This document shows positions 27,121 to 35,453 of a stretch of DNA of 64,000 nucleotides, piece by piece. The stretch's first letter is position 1. Each line of letters starts with the position of its first letter. This DNA is from Sphingomonas sp. (lineage in GTDB: Bacteria; Pseudomonadota; Alphaproteobacteria; Sphingomonadales; Sphingomonadaceae), in the NCBI GenBank assembly GCA_043778785.1, contig JAYWFN010000283.1, positions 18,060 through 82,059 of the forward strand, written 5' to 3'. A program made the translations under genes and the position numbers. The notes below the pieces were generated by a model. That model did no database searches and was not told the origin of the DNA. It saw only the letters and a program-made list of their open reading frames with translations.

Positions 27121-29481
27121 CTATATCCCGTTACGCCGCAGCAGTAGCTCGGCGGTGGCATCGATGATCGCAGCCCTATCGAGGCGATGGTGATGATAGA
27201 GATCGGGGAGGTCGCCGGTCTGGCCGAATTGCTCGGTGCCGAGCGGGCTGACGCGGTGGCCGCAGACGCCACCAATCCAGCTCAGCGCAGCGGGCGCACC
27301 GTCAAGAATTGTGACCAGTTGCGCCTCAGGAGAAAGCGGGGCCAGCAATTGTTCGATATGCGAGGTGTCCGCGCCGGCCGATGTCCAACGCGCGCGGTGT
27401 GCTGCGCTCCATCCGCGATGAAGCAATGTCGGTGACGTGACGTTGAGCAGGCCGATGCCGGGCAAGTCTTCGGCGATGGCTGTCCATGCGGCCAAGGCTT
27501 CGGGGGCAATCGCACCCGAAAAAATAATCGCGGCATCGGCACCGGGCGAGGGCTCGCGCAACCAGTATCCACCCGCGATTGCATCCTTGCGCCAGTCATC
27601 ATTTTCACGCTCAGCCTGATCGATCACGCGCGTTGTCAGGCGCAGATAAACTGATTCACCGTCTTCCGCTTGCATCAGCCGGAAACTCTCGGCCATCAGA
27701 AGCGCCAGCTCGTCGGCAAACGCAGGCTCGTAATGCCGCAGGCCTGGCTGACCCATGGCAATGAGCGGCGGATTGATTGACTGGTGCGCGCCGCCCTCTG
27801 CGCCAAGCGTTACCCCCGACGGTGTCGCCACCAGCAGAAAACGTGCATCCTGATAACAGGCATAGTTGAGCGCATCGAGCCCGCGCGCGATGAACGGGTC
27901 ATAGACAGTTCCGATCGGTAGCAGCCGTTCGCCGAAAAGCGCGCCCGCCAAACCGAACGCCGCGAGGTTCAGGAACAGGTTATTTTCCGCGATACCAAGT
28001 TCAACGTGCTGGCCCGCGCCACTGCCACTCCATTTCTGGGCCGACGGGATTTTGGCCGCGCGAAACACATCGGCGAGTTCGCTGCGCCGGAAAAGCCCGC
28101 GCTGGTTCACCCACGCGCCGAGATTGGTCGACACCGTGACGTCGGGCGATGTTGTCACGATATGGTCGGCAAACGCCGTGTCCGACTTGGCAATCCCCAG
28201 CAGGATTTTGCCGAATGCGGCCTGCGTCGATTGCGCATCGCCATCGGGTGTTGCAATTGTCGGCACGTCAAAGGTCGGCGCGCTGGTGACCGATTTACGA
28301 CGGGCGATCGTGCAGGCCTCGATCTGCGCGCGGACGGTTGGGGCAATATTGTCCCCCAGTCCCGCCCATGGGGCCCATTCGTCGCCGCTGCGAATACCGA
28401 GCTGATCGCGAAAACTTTCGATCTGTGTCGGCGTCATCAGGCCCGAATGATTATCTTTGTGACCCGCAAAAGGGAGGCCGTAGCCCTTGACCGTATATGC
28501 GATGAACAACGTCGGCGTTTCGCCTGTTGCCGCATCGAACGCTTCGCACAATGTCGCGATACAATGGCCGCCGAGGTTGGTCATCAGTCGCGCAAGTGCG
28601 TCGTCATCGCGTGCCGCGAGCAGCGCCTTGACGCCTTTTTGCTTGCCAATATCGTCGATCAGCCGGGCGCGCCATGCAGCGCCACCCTGATAGGTAAGCG
28701 CGGCAAACTCGGCATTGGGTGTGGTATCGATCCATTCGCGCAAATGCTCACCGCCGGGCTCGGCAAAGGCGGCTTCTTGCAACTTGCCGTGCTTGAGCGT
28801 GACAACGCGCCATCCGCAGGTTTCGAAAATGTCATCGAACCGGCGAAACATGCGGTCAGCCGTCGTCGCATCGAGCGACTGGCGGTTATAATCGACGATC
28901 CACCAGCAATTGCGGATATCGTGCTTATAACCTTCGATCAGGCATTCGTAGATATTGCCCTCATCGAGTTCGGCATCGCCCATCAGCGCGATCATCCGCC
29001 CTGCATCGCTTTCGGCCAGCGAACCGTGCGCGATCAGATAATCCTGAACCAGACTGGCAAAAGCAGTGATCGCAACACCAAGCCCGACGGACCCCGTCGA
29101 GAAATCAACCGGGATGACGTCTTTCGTCCGGCTCGGATAACTCTGCGCACCGCCAAAGCCGCGATACGCCTGCAATTGTTCGAGTGATTGTGACCCGAGC
29201 AGATAGTGGATGGCGTGGAGCACCGGGCTGGCGTGCGGCTTGACGGCAACCTTGTCATTGGGGCGGAGCGCATGGAAATAGAGCGCGGTCATGATCGCCG
29301 TAATTGACGCGCAGGATGCCTGGTGCCCGCCAACCTTCACGCCGTCGCGGCTTTCGCGCAGGTGATTGGCGTTGTGTATCGTCCATGACGATAGCCAGCG
29401 CAGCCGCTCCTCGATCCGCTCGAGCGTCACAGTAGTTTCCGGGGCGGGGGTTTCCGGGGCGAGCATATCAGGATCAAGCAA
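27121..29481 (-). CDS. Thiamine-diphosphate enzyme of the homodimeric pyruvate dehydrogenase E1 (AceE)/transketolase-like type
   Basis: 786 aa. GGHQASCASITAIMTALYF and the ThDP motif ALMGDAELDEGNIYE...DYNRQSLD parallel AceE as I recall it. The start is ambiguous: TTG at 29481 or ATG at 29466. Confidence 0.7.
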   Translation of the reverse strand: MLDPDMLAPETPAPETTVTLERIEERLRWLSSWTIHNANHLRESRDGVKVGGHQASCASITAIMTALYFHALRPNDKVAVKPHASPVLHAIHYLLGSQSLEQLQAYRGFGGAQSYPSRTKDVIPVDFSTGSVGLGVAITAFASLVQDYLIAHGSLAESDAGRMIALMGDAELDEGNIYECLIEGYKHDIRNCWWIVDYNRQSLDATTADRMFRRFDDIFETCGWRVVTLKHGKLQEAAFAEPGGEHLREWIDTTPNAEFAALTYQGGAAWRARLIDDIGKQKGVKALLAARDDDALARLMTNLGGHCIATLCEAFDAATGETPTLFIAYTVKGYGLPFAGHKDNHSGLMTPTQIESFRDQLGIRSGDEWAPWAGLGDNIAPTVRAQIEACTIARRKSVTSAPTFDVPTIATPDGDAQSTQAAFGKILLGIAKSDTAFADHIVTTSPDVTVSTNLGAWVNQRGLFRRSELADVFRAAKIPSAQKWSGSGAGQHVELGIAENNLFLNLAAFGLAGALFGERLLPIGTVYDPFIARGLDALNYACYQDARFLLVATPSGVTLGAEGGAHQSINPPLIAMGQPGLRHYEPAFADELALLMAESFRLMQAEDGESVYLRLTTRVIDQAERENDDWRKDAIAGGYWLREPSPGADAAIIFSGAIAPEALAAWTAIAEDLPGIGLLNVTSPTLLHRGWSAAHRARWTSAGADTSHIEQLLAPLSPEAQLVTILDGAPAALSWIGGVCGHRVSPLGTEQFGQTGDLPDLYHHHRLDRAAIIDATAELLLRRNGI

Positions 29482-29673
29482 ATTCAGATTCCGGCGGCAA
29501 TTTAACTGTCAGAGCAAAGCGCATAGACCGATAATGGGCGCGATTGTTGCTGAATACTATTGATTGACCGGTAGATTATCGCGCTCTGCATTCCGTCGCA
29601 TATTGTCCCCAATAAATTTTCCAATCCCGACAAGATTTTCATTCTGAAAATCCTGTAGCGCGCCGCATGATCG

Positions 29674-30996
29674 GTGTTGATGAGACTCGAAAATGATCCG
29701 CTGGCGGCATTGTGGATGCCGTTTACCGCCAACCGCGCCTTCAAGGCGACGCCGCGTTTGCTGACCAGCGCTAAAGACATGCATTACACCAGCAGCGATG
29801 GTCGGCAGCTGCTCGATGGCACGGCTGGGCTGTGGTGTGTCAATGCCGGCCATTGCCGCGCCCCCATTGTCGAGGCGATCTGCAAGACGGCACACGAGCT
29901 GGACTTCGGCCCGACCTTTCAGGTTGGCCACCCGCTTGTTTTCGAGCTGGCGTCACGGCTTGCCGCGTTGATGCCCGAAGGCCTCGACCGGATATTTTTC
30001 ACGGGTTCGGGGTCTGAATCCGTCGACACCGCCCTGAAAATCGCGATCGCCTATCAGCGTGCGCGCGGCGAAGGAACGCGAACCCGCCTGATCGGGCGCG
30101 AGCGCGGCTATCACGGCGTCGGTTTTGGCGGCATTTCAGTCGGCGGCATCGTCAACAACCGGCGGCAGTTCGGCACGTTGCTGGCCGGTGTCGATCATCT
30201 GCCGCACACCCACTCTCTGGCGCACAACGCCTTTACCCGGGGTCGCCCGGCGTGGGGCGGGCATCTTGCGGAAGACCTCGAACGCATTGTCGCGCTGCAT
30301 GGCGCGGAAACCATCGCCGCTGTCATTGTCGAGCCGATGGCTGGTTCGACCGGTGTTTTGATCCCGCCGGTCGGCTATCTCGAAAAGCTGCGCGAGATTT
30401 GCACCAAACACGGCATCGTCCTGATCTTTGATGAAGTCATTACGGCGTTTGGCCGGATTGGTGGCGCGACGGCTGCGGGAACACTGGGCGTAACCCCCGA
30501 TGTCATTTGTATGGCCAAAGGACTGACCAATGCTGCCGTGCCAATGGGCGCTGTTGCTGTCAGCCGGACGATCCACGACACTGTTGTCGAAGGCGGACCG
30601 GACGGCATCGAGCTGTTCCACGGCTATACCTATTCGGGGCATCCGCTCGCGGCTGCCGCGGGGCTTGCGACGCTCGACCTCTATAAATCCGAAAACCTGT
30701 TCGAGCGCGCGGGTGAACTGCACAGTTATTGGGAAGACGCCGTCCACAGCCTGACGGACAAGCGTCACGTCATCGACATTCGCACGATGGGCATCGTCGC
30801 GGGGATCGAGCTTGAAGCCCGCCCCGGCGCGCCGGGCAAGCGCGCAATGGAACTGTTCCACAAATGCTTCGACAACGGCCTGCTGGTCCGCGCGACAGGG
30901 GATATCATTGCGCTTTCACCGCCGTTGATTTTGGAAAAAGCGCATATTGACGAAATGGTCGGGCGGATCGCGGCGTTGGTCGAGACAATTGACTGA
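29674..30996 (+). CDS. Class III (omega) aminotransferase, beta-alanine--pyruvate transaminase-like
   Basis: 440 aa. WMPFTANRAFKATPRLL...GLWCVNAGHCRAPIVEAI and IFDEVITAFGRIG, with a putative PLP lysine in CMAKGLTN. Confidence 0.8.
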   Translation: MLMRLENDPLAALWMPFTANRAFKATPRLLTSAKDMHYTSSDGRQLLDGTAGLWCVNAGHCRAPIVEAICKTAHELDFGPTFQVGHPLVFELASRLAALMPEGLDRIFFTGSGSESVDTALKIAIAYQRARGEGTRTRLIGRERGYHGVGFGGISVGGIVNNRRQFGTLLAGVDHLPHTHSLAHNAFTRGRPAWGGHLAEDLERIVALHGAETIAAVIVEPMAGSTGVLIPPVGYLEKLREICTKHGIVLIFDEVITAFGRIGGATAAGTLGVTPDVICMAKGLTNAAVPMGAVAVSRTIHDTVVEGGPDGIELFHGYTYSGHPLAAAAGLATLDLYKSENLFERAGELHSYWEDAVHSLTDKRHVIDIRTMGIVAGIELEARPGAPGKRAMELFHKCFDNGLLVRATGDIIALSPPLILEKAHIDEMVGRIAALVETID

Positions 30997-31063
30997 GCGC
31001 AGGTTTCAACGGCGGCAAAAACCGCTACCTATCGATATGATCATGCCAAGTCAGGGACCTCAC

Positions 31064-31735
31064 ATGCAGTTTGATGACGTTGTTCTCGGGCGCCGGAGCA
31101 TCCGGGGCTATAAACCCGACCCCGTCCCCCGGCCGCTGATCGAGGAGGTCATCGGCCTGGCGATGCGCGCGCCATCCTCGATGAATACCCAGCCGTGGAA
31201 TTTCTATGTGATCACCGGCGACCCCCTTGACCGTATCCGCGCGGGCAACACCGACCGGATGGTCGCAGGCGTGCCGCAATCGCGCGAATTTCGCACCGGT
31301 GAGGCTTTTGCCGGGCCGCACCGCGAGCGCCAGATCGGCGTCGCCAAGCAATTGTTTACGGCAATGGGGATCGAGCGTGATGACAAGGACCGGCGGCAGG
31401 ACTGGGTGCTGCGCGGGTTTCGCCAGTTCGACGCCCCCGTCTGTGTGATCATCACCTATGACAAAGTGCTGGACGGCAGCGACGATACGCCATTCGACTG
31501 CGGCGCTGTGGCAACTGCGCTTGTCAATGCCGCATGGTCGCGCGGACTCGGCGCAGTGATCAACAGCCAGGGCATCATGCAATCGCCCGTTGTTCGTGAA
31601 CATGCCGGGATTGCCGATGATCAGGTCATCATGAAAAGTATCGCGCTGGGCTGGCCTGATGAGACTTTTCCCGCCAACGCCGTGGTATCCGAGCGCAAAT
31701 CCGTCAGTGAGGCGACGGTGTTCGTCGGGTTTTGA
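31064..31735 (+). CDS. Nitroreductase-family flavoprotein
   Basis: MQFDDVVLGRRSIRGYKPDPVPRPLIEEVIGLAMRAPSSMNTQPWNFYVI. I chose the start at 31064; the track ORF starts at 30947, inside the preceding gene. Confidence 0.8.
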   Translation: MQFDDVVLGRRSIRGYKPDPVPRPLIEEVIGLAMRAPSSMNTQPWNFYVITGDPLDRIRAGNTDRMVAGVPQSREFRTGEAFAGPHRERQIGVAKQLFTAMGIERDDKDRRQDWVLRGFRQFDAPVCVIITYDKVLDGSDDTPFDCGAVATALVNAAWSRGLGAVINSQGIMQSPVVREHAGIADDQVIMKSIALGWPDETFPANAVVSERKSVSEATVFVGF

Positions 31736-31754
31736 AACGCAGGCGCGGCGCGCG

Positions 31755-33005
31755 TCATTCTGCCCGCGCCAGGCCGAACTGCGCCAGATACCATTGCTGG
31801 AATTTGACCACGCTGCCTTCCTGATCCGAATAGCGCCCCGGGCGATAGCGGCTCGACATGATTCCCGCCTGATTATTCTCGGTGATCACTTTGTCTTGCG
31901 TCGTGGTGGCATGATAACCCCAGATCATCTTTTCGATGTCGACTTCGGCCCCAGTCGCGCGGCCATCCACAAGCCATATCATTTCGACGTCCGTGACCAA
32001 CGCCCCGCGCGGCGTGAAGAGAAACAGGATTGCGAAATGATCGTCGGCAACGATCTGGCTGAACGGGCTGAAACTCAAATGCATCCGGCCGCCGTCAGCG
32101 CTGGTGCGTTTGCCCATCAACGGCGCGGGTGCGGCACCATCCTGGGTTTCCGCCGCAAAGCCAGGCTTGTTCATCCGCTGCATCAATAGGCGCAAATGGC
32201 TGCTTGTCGGGGGTTCATCGATCGTGCCGACCGGGCGACCGAGTGCGGTGGCGCTGTCTTCCCATGCCTTGAGCTTGGGCGCAAAGCTGGCAATCGCATT
32301 GGCTGGCCCCGAGCTCGGCCCCGCGCCGACGGCCACAATCGAGTCCGCCGCGTGCATCGAGCAGAATTCGGGATGCGACGGGACACAGTGGTAGCATTCG
32401 AAGAAATTCTCGACGACCAGTTTCCAGTTGGCGGTCGTCGGGTAACTGCCCGCGTGCGCGATCCGTGCGTCGGCAATGCCGTGATAGTCGAGGATCGCGC
32501 CCATATCGCCAAAAGTCGCGTCGAAATCGGCGGGTTCGCCCTCGCTCATGTTGACGAAGATAAGGCCGTGGAAGACGCGGATGTGGCAAGCAAACAGGCT
32601 GTTGTCTGCCTTGTCGAAATCCTCGGGCATGAGCCGCGCGGCGATTAACCGGCCATCAAGACCGAACGTCCAGGCGTGATAGGGGCAAACCAAACGCGGC
32701 GCATTGCCGCTGTCGGCCTGGCAGATTGTCGACCCACGGTGACGGCAGACATTGAAAAATGCGCGAACGCTGTCAGCATTTTCGCGGATGATGATGATCT
32801 GCTCGACGCCGATCTTGAACAGGAAGTAATCGCCTTTGTTCGGGATTCGGGACACATGCCCGGCCAATAGCCACTTCTGACTGATGACGCGGTCCAGATC
32901 GGCTTTGAATACCGCATCACTGGCGTAAAATTCCTGATCAAAGCTGTAGCCAACGCGCGTGTTTGCGGCGAGGCGGGCCATCATGTCGGTTTGCGTTTCG
33001 GGCAT
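31755..33005 (-). CDS. Rieske [2Fe-2S] non-heme-iron oxygenase, alpha-subunit-type (paralog 1)
   Basis: 416 aa. Has the Rieske motif CRHRGSTIC...CPYHAWTF and a catalytic-domain EC YHCVPSHPEF region. Its ATG shares a base with the upstream gene's stop (TGATG). Confidence 0.85.
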   Translation of the reverse strand: MPETQTDMMARLAANTRVGYSFDQEFYASDAVFKADLDRVISQKWLLAGHVSRIPNKGDYFLFKIGVEQIIIIRENADSVRAFFNVCRHRGSTICQADSGNAPRLVCPYHAWTFGLDGRLIAARLMPEDFDKADNSLFACHIRVFHGLIFVNMSEGEPADFDATFGDMGAILDYHGIADARIAHAGSYPTTANWKLVVENFFECYHCVPSHPEFCSMHAADSIVAVGAGPSSGPANAIASFAPKLKAWEDSATALGRPVGTIDEPPTSSHLRLLMQRMNKPGFAAETQDGAAPAPLMGKRTSADGGRMHLSFSPFSQIVADDHFAILFLFTPRGALVTDVEMIWLVDGRATGAEVDIEKMIWGYHATTTQDKVITENNQAGIMSSRYRPGRYSDQEGSVVKFQQWYLAQFGLARAE

Positions 33006-35449
33006 CAGATTTTTATCCGGGCGTTGCTGGGGTCGAACATCGGTTTGAGCGAGGCAGTGACCGGATGACGGACACCTGCGATTTCGATTTCATAGTCATC
33101 GGCACCAATCGGCCCCACCACGCCGCCGTCCGCTGCATCGACATAGCCAAGCCCGCACGCCGCGCCAAGCGTATGGGCATACATGCCCGAACGGATGTAG
33201 CCCGCGATCCGGTCACCCTGCCAGATTGGCTCGTTATGATAGAGCAAGGGCTCAGGCGACTTGAGCAGGAACTGGACAAGGCGCTGTTTCAGACCTGTTT
33301 CCTTTTGCGCCAGCAGCGACTCTCGCCCGATGAAACCACCCGGCTTGTCCATCTTCACCGCAAAGCCAAGCCCCGCCTCGAGCGGGGTATCCTCGTCGGT
33401 GACGTCGTGGCCCCAGTGGCGATAGCCTTTTTCCATCCGCAATGAATTGAGCGCATGATAACCGCAGTGTTTAAGGCCGAATGCCGCGCCCGCCGCGACG
33501 ATTTCGTCGTAAACGCCCGCCATAAATTCGGTCGGGATATAGAGTTCCCAGCCAAGCTCACCGACATAGGTGATCCGCGAGGCGCGGACGATGGCATAGC
33601 CGAGCTCGATTTCCTGGCTGGTCGCGAACGGGAAGGCCTCATGTGACAGGTCGTTGGGCGTGCGCGACTGAAGCAGCGCGCGCGCGTTCGGTCCCATGAT
33701 CGAAATGACGCCCATGCCCGAACTGACATTGGTCAGAACCGCATGGGCATCGTCAGGCGTGTGGCGCTTGAGCCAGTCGAAATCGCGAATCTCGGTTTCG
33801 GCGCCCGTAACGATCAAATAGGCTGTCTTGCTGAGCCGTGTGACGGTCAGGTCCGCCTCGATCCCGCCCTTATCGTTGAGCCACTGTGTATAAACGAGCT
33901 TGCCCGGCGCGACATCGACATCGTTCGCGCAGACCCGGTTCAGGACGGGCATCGCGTCGCGACCCTCCAGCCGGAATTTGGCGAAGGAGCTTTGGTCGAA
34001 CAGGCCAACGGCTTCGCGCACGGCTTTGCATTCGGATGCACTCGCGTCGAACCAGTTCTGGCGACCATAGCTATAGTCGTATTTGGGCGTGCTGCCGGGT
34101 TCGCCATACCAGTTGGGCCGTTCCCATCCGAAGGCCTCGCCGTGGCACGCGCCCGCCACCGCCACCCGGTCATGGATTGCCGACTTGCGGACACCACGCG
34201 CGGTTTCATATTGTTTGAACGGATAGTGCGTGGCGTAAAGCAGCCCGAGGCTCTCGCTCACGCGTTCGCGCAGATATTTGCGGTTGACCTGAAACGGCAT
34301 GTTGCGGCGGATATCGACCGACCACAGATCGGCGGGCGGCATACCGTCTCGAATCCAGTCGGCCATCACTTTGCCGACGCCACCAGCCGATTGCAGGCCA
34401 ATCGAGTTGAGGCCCGCCGCCACGAAGCAGCCCTTCAGTTCGGGTGCCGCGCCCAGATGATAGCGCACGTCGGGCGTAAAACTCTCAGGGCCGCAGAAGA
34501 ATTTCTGGATACCGGCTTTTTCGAGTGCAGGCACACGCCGCATTGCATCGACCAGCACGGGTTCGAAATGTTCGAAACTTCCGGCAATCTCGTCGAAGCA
34601 AAAGTCGTCCGATATGCCGTCCATGCCCCAGGGCCGCGCGTTGGGCTCGAAAGCACCGACGAGCAATTTGCCCGCATCATGCTTGTAATAACCGCAATAG
34701 TCATAGTCGCGCAGCACCGGCAGCGAGGCGTCGAGCCCCTCCACCCCTTCAAACAGGACATAATAATGCTCGCAGGCATGAAGCGGGGCCGCAACGCCGA
34801 TGCTCGCGGCCAGATCGCGCGTCCACATGCCGCCGCAGATGACGACATAATCGGCGTCGATTGAACCGTCTTCGGTGTCGACACCCGTCACGCGCTCGCC
34901 ATCATGGCGGATCTTGATGACCTTGGTATTTTCGAAAATCCTTGCGCCGCCGGTCCGTGCGCCTTTGGCCAATGCCTGCGTGATGTCGACTGCATTGGCG
35001 TAACCATCGCTCGGTATATGAATACCGCCGACGACGTCATCAACATTGACGATGGGAGCGAGTTCGCTGATCGCTTGCGCCGTGACGACATGGACCGGCA
35101 GGTCAAACACCTTGGCCATCGACGCGCTGCGTTTCAGCTCCTCGAACCGTTCCATCGTGGTCGCCATTGAGATCGACCCGCACTGACGGTATCCGGTCGC
35201 CTGACCCGTTTCGGCCTCAAGCCCGCGATAAAGTTCGCCGGTATATTTCGCGAGCTTGGTCATGTTGATGCTGGGGCGCAGTTGCCCGACCAGCCCCGCC
35301 GCATGCCATGTCGTGCCGCTGGTCAGTTGCTTGCGTTCGAGCAGGACGACATCGTCCCAGCCGATCTTGGTCAGATGATAGGCAATCGAGCATCCGATGA
35401 CACCGCCCCCGATGATCACAACGCGCGTTTTTTTGGGAAGGTCCGCCAC
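33005..35449 (-). CDS. FAD-dependent oxidoreductase fused to a GcvT-type aminomethyltransferase domain (dimethylglycine/sarcosine dehydrogenase family), copy 1
   Basis: 814 aa. The N-terminus is VVIIGGGVIGCSIAYHL...TSGTTWHAAGLVGQLR. The C-terminal half is folate-binding GcvT-like (ITYVGELGWELYIP). Confidence 0.85.
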   Translation of the reverse strand: MADLPKKTRVVIIGGGVIGCSIAYHLTKIGWDDVVLLERKQLTSGTTWHAAGLVGQLRPSINMTKLAKYTGELYRGLEAETGQATGYRQCGSISMATTMERFEELKRSASMAKVFDLPVHVVTAQAISELAPIVNVDDVVGGIHIPSDGYANAVDITQALAKGARTGGARIFENTKVIKIRHDGERVTGVDTEDGSIDADYVVICGGMWTRDLAASIGVAAPLHACEHYYVLFEGVEGLDASLPVLRDYDYCGYYKHDAGKLLVGAFEPNARPWGMDGISDDFCFDEIAGSFEHFEPVLVDAMRRVPALEKAGIQKFFCGPESFTPDVRYHLGAAPELKGCFVAAGLNSIGLQSAGGVGKVMADWIRDGMPPADLWSVDIRRNMPFQVNRKYLRERVSESLGLLYATHYPFKQYETARGVRKSAIHDRVAVAGACHGEAFGWERPNWYGEPGSTPKYDYSYGRQNWFDASASECKAVREAVGLFDQSSFAKFRLEGRDAMPVLNRVCANDVDVAPGKLVYTQWLNDKGGIEADLTVTRLSKTAYLIVTGAETEIRDFDWLKRHTPDDAHAVLTNVSSGMGVISIMGPNARALLQSRTPNDLSHEAFPFATSQEIELGYAIVRASRITYVGELGWELYIPTEFMAGVYDEIVAAGAAFGLKHCGYHALNSLRMEKGYRHWGHDVTDEDTPLEAGLGFAVKMDKPGGFIGRESLLAQKETGLKQRLVQFLLKSPEPLLYHNEPIWQGDRIAGYIRSGMYAHTLGAACGLGYVDAADGGVVGPIGADDYEIEIAGVRHPVTASLKPMFDPSNARIKI

Positions 35450-35453
35450 CGGG

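Noticed and set aside
28006-29187. Long antisense ORFs opposite real genes. This one is opposite the AceE-like gene. Others are 33743-34864, 58810-59838, 59850-61139, 61742-62776, 39002-39961, 14620-15576 and 20232-21365.
   Set aside because: Each overlaps a gene with clear family motifs on the other strand. Their translations are R/A/G/P-rich with no recognisable domains, so they are GC-driven artefacts.
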